In this document: positions 23,891-33,269 of the stretch, one piece after another
Position numbering within the stretch: position 1 is the stretch's first letter
Layout of the letters: the number at the start of each line of letters is the position of its first letter
NCBI GenBank assembly: GCA_964036045.1
Contig: OZ038379.1
Location: forward strand, 19,964,001 to 20,028,000
DNA: 64,000 nucleotides
Direction of reading: 5' to 3'
Origin: Eutreptiella sp. 'Long Island Sound 2002'
Taxonomy: Eukaryota; Protista; Euglenida
Made by a program: the position numbers and the translations under genes
Notes under the pieces: generated by a model
Databases searched by the model: none
Told to the model about the DNA's origin: nothing
What the model saw: only the letters and a program-made list of their open reading frames with translations

Positions 23891-26800
23891 AGCAGCAGCA
23901 GCAGCAGCAACAACAACAACCGCAACAACAACACCAACACCAACACCAACACCAACACCAACACCAACACCAACACCAACACCAACACCAACACCAACAC
24001 CAACAGTGACAACAGCAACAGCAACGGCAACATCGACAGCAACAAGCAACAAGCAACAGTGAAAACAGCGGTAGCACCGGCAACAGCTGCCATCGCCAGC
24101 AGCGAGAGCAGCAGCAGCACCATCACCACCACCACCTGCAACAGCAAAAACAACCCGTCTTTGCCCCATATCCCATGCCACACCACACATACACCCACCC
24201 ACTCACTCACTCATTCACCCACCCGCCCACCCACACACTCACTCACTCACTCACTGACTCGACTGACTGACTGACTGACTGACTGACTGACTGACTGACT
24301 GACTGACTGACTGACTGACTGACTGACTGCCCGACTGACTGACTGACTGACTCACTCGGCCTCATCCACGACTGGACGCCCGAGTCGGTCTGGTGGCGGC
24401 CCCAGTCTGCCCGCAGCGTTGCCTGAGGTGCTGGAACAATGGGCAGCAACCATAGCCACCCCGTCCATGCGCCAGGCGCAACTGGAGATCACGGCGCCCC
24501 AACGCCATGGGAGCTGAGTTCATCCCCGAGGGGCTAAACGATGTGGGTGTGGAGCGCCCTCACGTGGGCACGCACCACAGTCCTCAAAACCTGGGTGGGA
24601 GGACCTTACATGCACCATGGCATGGGCCCTTCGAGAGCTAGGGCTCCGCCAGTAGGCGGAGAGGCAAGGGGTACCCTGGGCCACTCTCAACAGACCGCTA
24701 CCACAAGGGTACTCAGGTCTGCACAGGGAAAGGCTCCCACACCGCCACCAGCCTCCTGCCTCTCGGGGGCGGTAGCCGGGCTGACGCTGCATGTTAAGTT
24801 TCACCCATGAGGGTACCGAACCCTAGACCCGCAGACGTCACCCCTGGGGGCTGCTGCGAAGAACTAAGCCCCCCCCCCCTACTCCCACTGCTGCCCCTTG
24901 ATTCTTGGGTGACCAGGACCGGCCCTGGTGGCTGCAGTGACTGGCTGGGACCCACCCATAGGAGACCAGTGCCAGCCCCATCGGCTGCCAGCGACGGGCT
25001 GGTAACCCTCCGAGTGGGGAGGCCCCGAGAGGCACAGCCCCCGTGACCTCCCCAACACACACAGCCCAGTCGCCCGTGGCCCCTCACCAGCCCTGTGCCC
25101 CCCGCCCTCCTGCCACAGGTCCCGCTGCTGTGTGAATCTGAGCCGGCAAGCTCGGGCCATGCCGGTATTGTGGTCCATTGGGGAGCTAGGGCCCGACCGG
25201 TAACCTAGCAGGCGGTACCTCTGTCCTGTTTGCATGACTGTGTGTCGGTGTGCAGACCCATGGTTACAGCCGTGTTTATTGGTACAAGAGAGGCAAGCAT
25301 GCGGCACCAGGTGAAAATATTCTGCCAGCAACTGAAGTATGAGAAGATGGGTATTTGGCGCTGCTGGTTGTGGAAGTTAGAAGTTACCTGGGCCACTGGG
25401 TGGTATATTTGTCAGAAAGGGGTAGACACTTAGACCTTCGGCTGAGGCATGTCGCCACATTCTGGTCAGCAAGTGATTGTACCCAAGATACCCAGGATAT
25501 AGGCTGATGCCATCTCATGGACAGCAACCCATATGTTTACCTCTTTGCCCACTCAGACTACCCTTTATTCGAGATATTAACAAAGTGGGTGAAGAAGGCA
25601 GCGCCACCAAACGTCGTCAGCAGCAACACCTCTAATGAAGTTCATGCTGCCAAGCCATGTGTAGCACCACAACCCACCCCTAGTACCCATTCAGTGTCTG
25701 ATTTTGACTGCAAAGAGCCCTTGCCCCAACTTGAACTTGCCACTCGTGAGCCAATGCAACAACAACGTGCTGAACAAGATGTACAATGGAAGTTTGCACT
25801 TGTTCCGGCACAGCATTTCGTTTCTTGGCTCTCGAAGTAAAGGCTCCAATTGGCTACGTATGAGATCAAACGACGGCGTGATGGCTGGGATACACTGTAA
25901 TCTTCGAAGCTCTTGACCAAGGAGGACAGGACTGAATTGCACATTCTCCCTAGACGTCGCTACTTGGTGCGGACACATTGAATGATTTGTAATTCATGGT
26001 GCTTGGCCTGGTGGGCGCCAACAATTTTTTGGTTGGCCCAGAATTGATTGGGGGGTCTTGTTTAATACACAGTGACCTTAAACAGAAATTCGACCGGCAC
26101 CATTTCTTTTTCACTACTCTTTTCTGAAATGGTAGTCAAGCGTGCGCAACCGTGCACCGCTTTCAACTTCAGCTGTGCGCAGCCGTGCGCAGCCAAAGAA
26201 AGTAGCCGTGCGCGACCGTGAACGCACGGCTGTAACCACAGGTCTGTCTGTGTGTCTGTCACCACAGCCCTCTGCTACTCACTCACCCACTCACCCAATC
26301 ACCCACACGCATTCATTCACTCACCCATCCACGCACCCACCCACTCACTCACTCTGCTCAATACCCCAGGGCCGAACAGTTCGCCCGCTGCACAGTGGCT
26401 TTGGAGGCGTTGCACCGCAGGGAATTGATTGCCGCCCAGGTGGAGGCCCGTGAAGCGGCGGAGGGCTGCTTTGTGGGTCAGATGAGAGATATCTTGCAGT
26501 ACAGAGCTCGTGGCATGACTTATGGGCCCTCACATGTTGCATCAGCGATGGTTATCCAGGTGGGTCCACCTGTTTCCTGGCGTTCACTGCCCCCCATCCC
26601 CCCGTCTTCCCCCAGTTGGCCCAGGTTTAAGCCACCGCAAAGCAAGGGTGCTGGCCGTGGGTGGGTGCCTGGATTAGGGGACCAGAAAAAAGACCCAGAG
26701 AATGCATGGTCAGAGCAGCCAAAACCTGTGCGATGATGCAGGAGGGCCCAGCACACAAAAAGGCCCAGTGACTGTGATAGCAGAGCGGTGTCAACCCGTG

Positions 26801-29800
26801 CGGTGTTGTCGTAGGGCCATACACGTCACGTCTCATGCGTGTACCCCTCAAACCCCCCCCCCATGTTTCCGCAAATAACCCAGACACACAGGTTACATGG
26901 CTTTTGTCTTGGCGTGTTTACACTCAACAGATGGCAGTACCAGCAAGGGAACATGGGTGCAGCTCAATCACTGCGTGGGGTGAGGAGGGCCTAGAGAATT
27001 TCGTCAATTATTTCCCTCCCACCATACGATGGTCCTGTATGCTGAGCTACCGCCCTGGGGGTAGTGCATACCACTTCCCAGCAGTGCATACCCCACTTCC
27101 CCCTCATCAGGATAGCCTGATGATAAGTAACCCCTGCCTCCATCATCTGCGTAGGCGGATGAGGCAGGTGGGTAACCTGTTCCGCCCCAGAGCAACGTTG
27201 TGCAAGGTGGTAGCAAATGGGCACAAACAGACACAGCCACAACACACACAGCCAGAAAACAGGGTGAGATGAAGACCGCCAGAAAACAGGGTGAGATGAA
27301 GACCAGAGCGGCTCTATGTTCCCATGAGAACATAACCCCTGCAGTTTTATCCAAGCCCCGCAGAGCAACAGGCAGAGAGATAGCTAGCGTGGAGCCATCA
27401 AACAAAACACAACAACAAGCGGAGCGACAGTGGGGAAACGGGGGAAGGAGGAACCCCAAAAAGGGAGGAAAAGAGCTAATTAAGAGCCGAAGAACCTGAC
27501 AGCTGGATCCCTTGCATGACAAATGGTGCGTGGTTCAGGGGAGGACGTCCATGTATATCTGAGCGATCTGGCGCGTGAGCACATCGCAGCGCATACAGAG
27601 CAAGCTGCATGGACTGATTTGTTGTGTTGAGCCAATAACTGGACAGGACACTGGGTTTGTGACGCTTTCCCTGCAGTATCTATTGCCTATGCAATGCAAG
27701 CATTGCATATCTGGGAGCTGGGACGTCCTCCCCTGTGTGACGCACCCCTCTGACATCGGAGGGATCTAGCCACCAGGCTAGGGCCTGATACATACCAGCG
27801 TTGATTCCCCACCTGCTTCCTACCTGTCAGGCTCACCACTAGAGCGCCCATGAATGGGTTTGCCTTGCGGCCCTAAAACGGCATCCTTTTACCACAACAG
27901 ACCCCAGTACCTTTGGCTGAGGCGGAGCCAATGGGGCTCAGTCCACGCTGGCAGTCCGAATATGAAAAGGGTGAGCATTTGGGTTTTGGGGGGATACGGT
28001 GAGGGTCTCCTGTGTTGTGGGGGATGTACTCTGGGTATGGTACACACTCCTTCCCCTGATTTTTCAGCTCTGTCAACACATGCATGCCTGTGCCTACACC
28101 TGATGAATTTCCATCAGAGCAAGCAACAACTAGCACCATCGGGTAAACAACCATCGCAAGCAAGAAAGCGTGGCAAACATATGACTGCAGCCAAATGGGC
28201 TGCTCAATTTCCAGATGACATGAGCAGAGGTTTGTGAAGAAGTAAAACATTACTGGGCACTGGTTGTTGTACGTTTCTGTGATTAATTCCCGCGTTTCAT
28301 GCTCATTCAAACTGTGGCAAATTCAGGGTGCAGAAATTGGGAGTTTGGGACCTGTGGTATGAACGGCAAACATCCAGAGGACATCCACGGGCATTTACAA
28401 AGAGCAAAAGTGTGTTTTTGTACAATCCGAATATTTCTGAATATTTCCGAATATTTCCGAATATTTCCGAATATTTCCAAATATTTCCGAATCAAAAATA
28501 ATTTTTATTCTGAATCAGTGGGAAACCCTGCTCCTCCTCCTCCTCCTCCTCCTCCCCTCCCCCTGCGGCACACACATTCCCCCATTGCCAATGACTGCAA
28601 CTGACAAGAGCAAGTTGTTACAAAGTACTTGGTGCTCTGCACCAGGTCTACGACACGGTGCCCAATCAGCGTTTATGGAACACCACCCCACTCTTTTTTC
28701 AAAGATTGTGTGGCAGCAGCGATGAAAGGTTTTTGTCCATCACGCGCACTATGTGTCAAGCTGAGAGATGATCTAAAGGTGGCACCGAAGTTGTGTGTAC
28801 CCCCCCTTTCAGCGCAAGCACGGCCTTTGCTAAGCAACACGACCCCATGCTACCGTCGTTTTTTTGACCCAGTTTTTGCGGTTAAGGTAACGTGGTTGTG
28901 CACCGATTGTAGAGGGAAACAAATGAATTGGGGGTTCATTGGAACCAGCGTTTGTTGACAAGAAGTCTTTACATTATGTAGATGGTGCCCCTCAGACATG
29001 CATGTGTCGATTTGCAAGATGCGCAAGAAGGGACGCGTTCTGTGTCGTATCATGGGTAGCGCGCAAGCACGGCTTTGTCTCAGCACCACCGCCCTGTGCT
29101 ACATCGTTTTCCTTTGGCCGTGCTTGCGCAAGGGGAAGGGGGGGGGGGTATGTATGGGTCACCAAAACCAGACCGGTCAATACCTCTGGCGTGCCTCCAC
29201 GCCTCCAAGCTGCTGATGGTCGATGCTGAGCGGTACAGCACATGGGCTGCCCGCCATGCATCTGGTGTGAGCTGCGTTGCTTGTCTTTGGGTCTTATTCG
29301 GGCAGGGGGTGGTTGATGAAGAACTGGCACTGTTCGATGATCACGCGGCCTCTGAACAACACGTCCCATCGAAGATCGTGGCCATGAAGCCACTTCAGTA
29401 GACGTGAGGCGTGGTGGCTCCACAGGTGGAGGGGACTCCTTGAGGGCAGTGTGCGGCAAATGTGAGCGTCATCGTCCCGCAGTTAGGCTGCCTTTTGGGG
29501 ACTTGGAGGTAAATGGTGTGCACTGGGTGCACACAGATGTACACGAGGGGCGGGCGTGTGATTCCCGGACCCCCTGCCCCCGGCATTGGGGAAGAATGGC
29601 CTCTGTGCACCGACGGTGCCCGAGGACACTCTGTTGGAGTGCACCGCGCCGACAACGGGGGCGGCCCGAGCGTCAGAGGGCCGCGTGGCTCCCTGACGCC
29701 GGACGCGTCGCGTTGCACGCGTACCCGCAGAGCCTGTTCTGTGGGAGCCGTCCATGTCAACCAACAGACGAAACGTCGGGCATCGGCAATGGCGGCAGGT

Positions 29801-31461
29801 TTTGGGGTGCGTTGCTTGACTCCTTCACAAAAACTTGCCCGCCCCTCCCCCCTCTCCGGGGCCCCCACGTTCGCTGATCAAAAGGTATCTTCGCCTCGTG
29901 CCGCGCTGAACCCTCAGGGCTCATGGCGCAGTTCAATCACCCATGACACGGGCCGTGCTGTTCACCTACTCTGTACAGAGAGCGTGGCGATGTGCCAAGT
30001 CCCGTGAAGTCGTTTCTGCCGGACGGACTACGGAGAAACAGAGGCTGCGCGATGTGCACGAAAGGGACTGGAACGCCATGAAGAAGAGCATGGCGGAGGT
30101 GGCAGTGATCGTGATTCAGGTGCGTTCTTCAGCCTTCATCTCTTGGGTTGGGTTGTGTGTTTGGCTGCTGATTTCGGGGAGCTGTGGCCGCAGGACGATC
30201 CGATGCCTGCGCCACCCAGAGATGGCGTGCGACCCCCAGTTGTCATACAATGTGATACACGCCTCGACGCGAACACATTGCCACGCCTGCGGGCATACTG
30301 CCACGCGTACATTTGACATGCCAAGCGCTCAGTGAGGACAGTGAGGGAGTGAGGGAGCGAATGAATGGGGGGAGGGAGGGGGTGGGTGGGTAAGCGAGGG
30401 GTTGGCCGTGCCTCGGACCCCCTCACCCTCCACAGCCATGAGCAGAACTGTGGCATTCCCTTCCCTCAAATAATTCGTTGGGGCAGTCCGTGTGGCGGAG
30501 AGAGAGGGAGTGTACCTCAGCACCGGGTCACTGTTGGGGTCCCAATACTGTGCAGAGCGTGTGGCGTGGCTACAAAGCCCGTCAGGCGACGGCCGCCCGG
30601 GAATCCGCCCGTGCAGAGGCCAGACGGCATCAGGCGGAGAGCGACCTCATGGCGTACAGCGCCATCAAGTATGTTCGGGTGCCCTTCGATGCCCATCACA
30701 GTGGGGGACCGTTTGGAGGCTGAGGGACGGTCTTGAAGGACAACCGAAGGTCGATGGCGGTGGGAGGGGCAATGCCGGCGGCCACAAGATGACCGACGGC
30801 CCTGTGCAGTTCCACGGCCCACACAACGGTGCTGACCCGCACCTCTGTGCAGAGGCTGGCCTTTTGGGGATGAGATTCTTCTTTTTCTTTTGTTTGGGAC
30901 CGCCTGATTTTTTGTTGCGATCAATCGACGGCGGGTGCTGCTTCACCGGCGAAGATTGGCGGTCAGCCGATGGTAGTGAATGGTCAATCGATGCCGCAAG
31001 GCGCTGTTTTGTAGCAATTCAATGGCTCCGCCACGACCTTTGCAGGAGTTCGTCTGCCCACGAGTGGGGGACTCATCCAGTGGTCGGGGGGCAAGTGGTC
31101 GAGCGGTCGGAACTCGGTCGGGTCCGGGATGCAGGACCTGAATGCCACCGTCGCGGGAGTTGACTTCTCTGCCGGGCGTGGCAGCAGGCACTGCCCTCAC
31201 CTTTGCTGGCAGGGCTTCGCCGATGCCGACCCCCGACTCGAGTGCCAGTTCTCGGGTTGTTGGTGCCGGCCGCGTCTCCGTCCATCGTGGCATCCGCGGC
31301 CCTGCCGATCGCGAGTGGCGGCTTGAGTCTCTGCTGCTTCGAGCGTCAAGCCTCTCACACCCACACTTCTTTGCAGGATCCAGTCCATATTTCGGCGCTG
31401 GAAGACCATGATTGACATTCAGTACTTGGGATCATCATTGACCGCTGCTGATTGGCGATAG
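857..31461 (+). CDS. Multi-exon gene: large IQ-motif (calmodulin-binding) protein with E-rich helical repeats, about 1,200 aa
   Basis: Exons join in frame across GT-AG introns: 857-1867, 2603-2719, 4211-4849, 7003-7105, 9244-9417, 12532-12704, 14052-14192, 16375-16656, 22429-about 22871, (25256-25350 uncertain), 26396-26559, 29979-30119, 30556-30668, 31377-31461 (TAG). Five IQ motifs: ATDLQRTWRGHKGR, ATEVQRTWRGWKGR, AMVIQ|RAWRCAKSR, VIVIQ|SVWRGYKAR, AIK|IQSIFRRWK. The start is uncertain (ATG 770 or 857, or further upstream exons). Confidence 0.82.
2603..2719 (+). CDS. IQ gene exon 2 (IQ motif 2)
   Basis: tctccacag|AAACAG...GCTCAG|gtgccc; 117 nt, phase 0-0; KQEQQLQDESLDMHEASATEVQRTWRGWKGRQHAARQAQ. 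Confidence 0.85.
4211..4849 (+). CDS. IQ gene exon 3
   Basis: catttcacag|CAGCAG...GAAAAG|gtgctg; 639 nt, phase 0-0, within ORF 4184..4969; E-rich helical repeats. Confidence 0.82.
6215..6690 (-). mobile_element. Tandem pair (264-bp period) of tRNA-derived SINE-like units
   Basis: Two diverged direct copies sharing GGAAAACCAATTTTCTCAGCAAGACAAGTGAC (6297 and 6561). The minus strand of copy 2 has an A-box-like GCGGTCCAGTGG (6660-6671) and a B-box GGTTCAATTCC (6617-6627). Both boxes are degenerate in copy 1. Confidence 0.6.
7003..7105 (+). CDS. IQ gene exon 4
   Basis: ggtactgcag|ATGACT...TCTGCAG|gtatga; 103 nt. Supplies the phase 0 to phase 1 bridge needed between exons 3 and 5. Confidence 0.75.
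9244..9417 (+). CDS. IQ gene exon 5
   Basis: ctctgcacag|AC CTG...ACA G|gttggt; phase 1-1; LLWLLEEQETDVRLVIEDEEA. Confidence 0.85.
9836..9885. repeat. (TG)n microsatellite
   Basis: Seen directly. Another at 21559-21588. Confidence 0.9.
11258..11620. repeat. Alternating purine-pyrimidine tracts (TATACG-type) around about 5 copies of a 20-bp repeat CAGTGTC(T/C)ACAAACTATGCA
   Basis: Seen directly. A related fragment at 12855-12910. Confidence 0.75.
11739..12402. mobile_element. MITE-like element, Tc1/mariner-pogo type (TA target duplication)
   Basis: TA|CCGTGCAAAC...GTTTGCACGG|TA: perfect 10-bp terminal IR, extended by an imperfect AATATTTTGC match; AT-rich subtermini. Confidence 0.75.
12532..12704 (+). 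CDS. IQ gene exon 6
   Basis: atgtgtag|TC CTG...ATG CAG|gtgttt; phase 1-0; LQRHLEDAELDLRLLIEDEEA, similar to exon 5. Confidence 0.85.
14052..14192 (+). CDS. IQ gene exon 7
   Basis: ccatcag|GATTTC...ACCCAG|gtggca; 141 nt, phase 0-0. Confidence 0.8.
14455..16097 (+). mobile_element. Degenerate GC-rich insertion, probable non-LTR retrotransposon 3' fragment, flanked by (GGGCA)n tracts
   Basis: Frameshifted protein-like segments, including WDCMC...EEEEVHDAVEC (resembles the LINE C-terminal CCHC knuckle). It does not fit the host exon phases. Confidence 0.4.
16375..16656 (+). CDS. IQ gene exon 8
   Basis: ttctcttgactccag|AGCGTT...CAACAG|gtatgg; 282 nt, phase 0-0; coiled-coil-like. Confidence 0.82.
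16750..19790. mobile_element. Foldback/Mutator-like composite element with modular inverted ends around a 1.8-kb degenerate coding core
   Basis: GGCGTAAGT(C/T)GC motif at 16750 and inverted near 19745. GGCAGGGGTT..GTAGCCA modules are in minus orientation at 17485-17620 and plus orientation at 19495-19680, and also at 17150-17430. Confidence 0.45.
20030..20310. repeat. Degenerate about 12-bp repeat (GGTATTGCTTGT)n
   Basis: Repeated gtattgcttgtg / gtattcttgtg units. Confidence 0.7.
20712..21105. repeat. 53-bp minisatellite arranged as 106-bp dimers
   Basis: TTATGTAGCC at 20716, 20822, 20928, 21034 and 21086, alternating with TTGCATAGCC monomers. Confidence 0.9.
22429..22871 (+). CDS. IQ gene exon 9 (3' boundary ambiguous: 22843, 22871 or 22876)
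   Basis: gttctcgcag|GTGAGG; E/R-rich helix within ORF 22228..23112. Three candidate donors: G|gtttgc, AG|gttcgg, G|gttacc. Confidence 0.78.
22907..24140. repeat. 1.2-kb compound trinucleotide microsatellite (CAA/CGA/CCA, then GACAAC, CAG, CAACAC blocks)
   Basis: Seen directly; reads as poly-Thr in ORF 22695..24062. Confidence 0.97.
24190..24355. repeat. (CACT)n / (GACT)n tetranucleotide microsatellite
   Basis: Seen directly. Related tracts at 26275-26352 and 48820-48895. Confidence 0.92.
25253..26246. mobile_element. hAT-superfamily non-autonomous element (994 bp)
   Basis: Left end CAGACCCATGGTTACAGCCGTG vs reverse complement of right end CAGACCTGTGGTTACAGCCGTG (20/22). 8-bp flanks TCGGTGTG / TCTGTGTG (7/8). 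Repeated GCCGTGC-like subterminal motifs at 26140-26230. Confidence 0.82.
25256..25350 (+). CDS. Candidate IQ gene exon 10, derived from the left end of an hAT element
   Basis: gtgtgcag|A CCC ATG...ATG G|gtattt; phase 2-1. Needed only if the 22871 donor is used. The acceptor CAG is the first 3 nt of the hAT TIR. Confidence 0.33.
26396..26559 (+). CDS. IQ gene exon 11 (first half of IQ3)
   Basis: ctgcacag|TG GCT...ATC CAG|gtgggt; phase 1-0; ends ASAMVIQ. Confidence 0.85.
27251..27304. repeat. Perfect 27-bp tandem duplication
   Basis: GCCAGAAAACAGGGTGAGATGAAGACC x2. Confidence 0.9.
28427..28492. repeat. 10-bp repeat (CCGAATATTT)n, about 6.5 copies
   Basis: Seen directly. Confidence 0.9.
29979..30119 (+). 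CDS. IQ gene exon 12 (second half of IQ3, first half of IQ4)
   Basis: ctgtacag|AGAGCGTGG...ATTCAG|gtgcgt; 141 nt, phase 0-0; RAWRCAKSR...VAVIVIQ. Confidence 0.9.
30556..30668 (+). CDS. IQ gene exon 13
   Basis: tgtgcag|AGCGTGTGG...ATCAA|gtatgt; SVWRGYKARQ...YSAIK. Confidence 0.9.
31377..31461 (+). CDS. IQ gene terminal exon (IQ5 and stop)
   Basis: cttctttgcag|G ATC CAG TCC ATA TTT CGG CGC TGG AAG...TAG; completes AIKIQSIFRRWK. Confidence 0.85.
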
Positions 31462-32219
31462 CTGCAGACGACGAGGGGAGTGACACTGTGGTGAGGGTGA
31501 AAAGTCATTCAGGGCTGTATCCCTGTGCTTCGTGTGCGGGCCCGGTTGCCTGCGCCAGGCAAGTGCAGGGCGTGAGCATGCGTCGGAGTAACAAGCGTGT
31601 TGTCGCCGAAGCTGGATAGGGTAGGGTTAGGTCCGCCCAACCCTGACCCACACCCAGCCCCGTGACTGACCCTTGTACACTCGATAGACACTTGGTGGAA
31701 CTACGGTCACGAGTTAAAAAACGAAAAAAAGGGGAAAAAAAGTAACAAGTGTGTTGTGTGCAGGGATGCGTGTGCCCAGAGTCGCGTTTGTGTGTCCAGC
31801 GTTGAACAATCGACTGAGCGGCCTGACCTGTTGCAGTGGCCCGGCGTGCGGTAACGGCCAGCGTTATGGCCCTTCCCCTCCATCTGTTTCGCCCGAGTGT
31901 TTTGTTTTGACGATCTCAGGGGTTTGATGCCCTGCCACCCCATGTTTTGCAACATGACCACGAACCCTGTGTTGATCCCTGTCTCTGAAGCTGCCTCCAC
32001 GCCTGACGCTTAACCTCGACCGTTTGTGTGCTCAGCTCCAGCGGCCTGTCATGTGCCTGCGTCGCGTCCCTGCACCGTATTCTTGTGCGCAGCCACGTTG
32101 TAGCTGCCAGTGGTCATGCAATCGGCAGCGGGCCGCAGAAGCCGGACCTCTTGCAGACTTGCAGAGTGCATCCGTGCCAAAGGCTTGTCCCTTTCAGCGC
32201 CCAGAATCTGGTCCAAAAG

Positions 32220-32361
32220 CCATCTGGCGTCCTGAGCACGTGTCATTCCTCGGTCCAATCCTCCCTGGGCACTGCCTGCGCTTTTGCTGGCGATTGCTGT
32301 TGCCATCGCTGCATAGGGCCGGGGGTGAGCCCCTTCACTCGTCTAACCACTGACCCCGGGG
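32220..32361 (+). repeat. Dispersed repeat, copy 1 (copy 2 at 60916-61056)
   Basis: Shared CCTGAGCACGTGTCATT(C/T)CTCGGTCCAATCCTCCC...GCGCTTTTGCTGGCGATTGCTGTTGCCATC...GCCCCTTCACTCGTCTAACCACTGACCCCGGGG. Confidence 0.85.
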
Positions 32362-32808
32362 CTGCTCAGGGTGTAGCTGCCCAGCGAACCGACCCCCATG
32401 AGAATGCCGAGGAGTGTTGGGCTCTTGCCGCTTGCTTTGCTCACCGCTGCTTTGCTAAATTCGGGACAGGGCCAGGCAGCGATGTGCCAAGGCCTCTGTA
32501 GATTAGGATACGTTGCCCTAATGACTTGTTCATGACCTGCACAGGATTGTGCACCGCCGAAGCTGCTCGATACCTCTTGTGCCTTTGTACCGGCACAGTA
32601 ACACACCAGAAGGCGCACGCTTGGGTATCCACGCAAAGACACAAGCAGCCCCCTCACCACACATGGTCGAGCAGCCAGCACCCCTGTCTCGTCCTGACCT
32701 CGTGCCCTGGCTGTAGTTCGCCAAACTCGTGACAGTCATACTGCTAACCCTGACCTCATTTCTCGTGCATCTGCTGACTCACTTCGCCTGAGCGGGCCAT
32801 GCCACTAA

Positions 32809-33269
32809 GCCACACACAGCCACACACAGCCACACACAGCCACAAACAGCCACACACAGCCACACACAGCCACACACAGCCCCACACAGCCACACTCAGC
32901 CACACACAGCCACACTCAGCCACAAACAGCCACACACAGCCACACACAGCCACACACAGCCACACACAGCCACACACAGCCACACACAGCCACACACAGC
33001 CACACTCAGCCACACACAGCCCCACACAGCCACACTCAGCCACACACAGCCACACTCAGCCACAAACAGCCACACACAGCCACACTCAGCCACACTCAGC
33101 CACAAACAGCCACACACAGCCACACTCAGCCACACACAGCCACACACAGCCACACACAGCCACACACAGCCACACTCAGCCACACACAGCCACACTCAGC
33201 CACACTCAGCCACACACAGCCACACACAGCCCCGCACAGCCACACTCAGCCACACTCAGCCACACACAG
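32809..33269. repeat. 10-bp minisatellite (CACACACAGC)n, about 46 copies
   Basis: Seen directly, with CACACTCAGC and CACAAACAGC variants. Confidence 0.97.

Noticed and set aside
22655-24210. Long ORFs (poly-Val, poly-Ser, poly-Thr) as genes
   Set aside because: They are by-products of the trinucleotide microsatellite.
28180-28530. AAKWAAQFPDDM (CGGBP/hAT-like) and an ACCCTG right end
   Set aside because: No matching left TIR or TSD was found and the motif does not continue.
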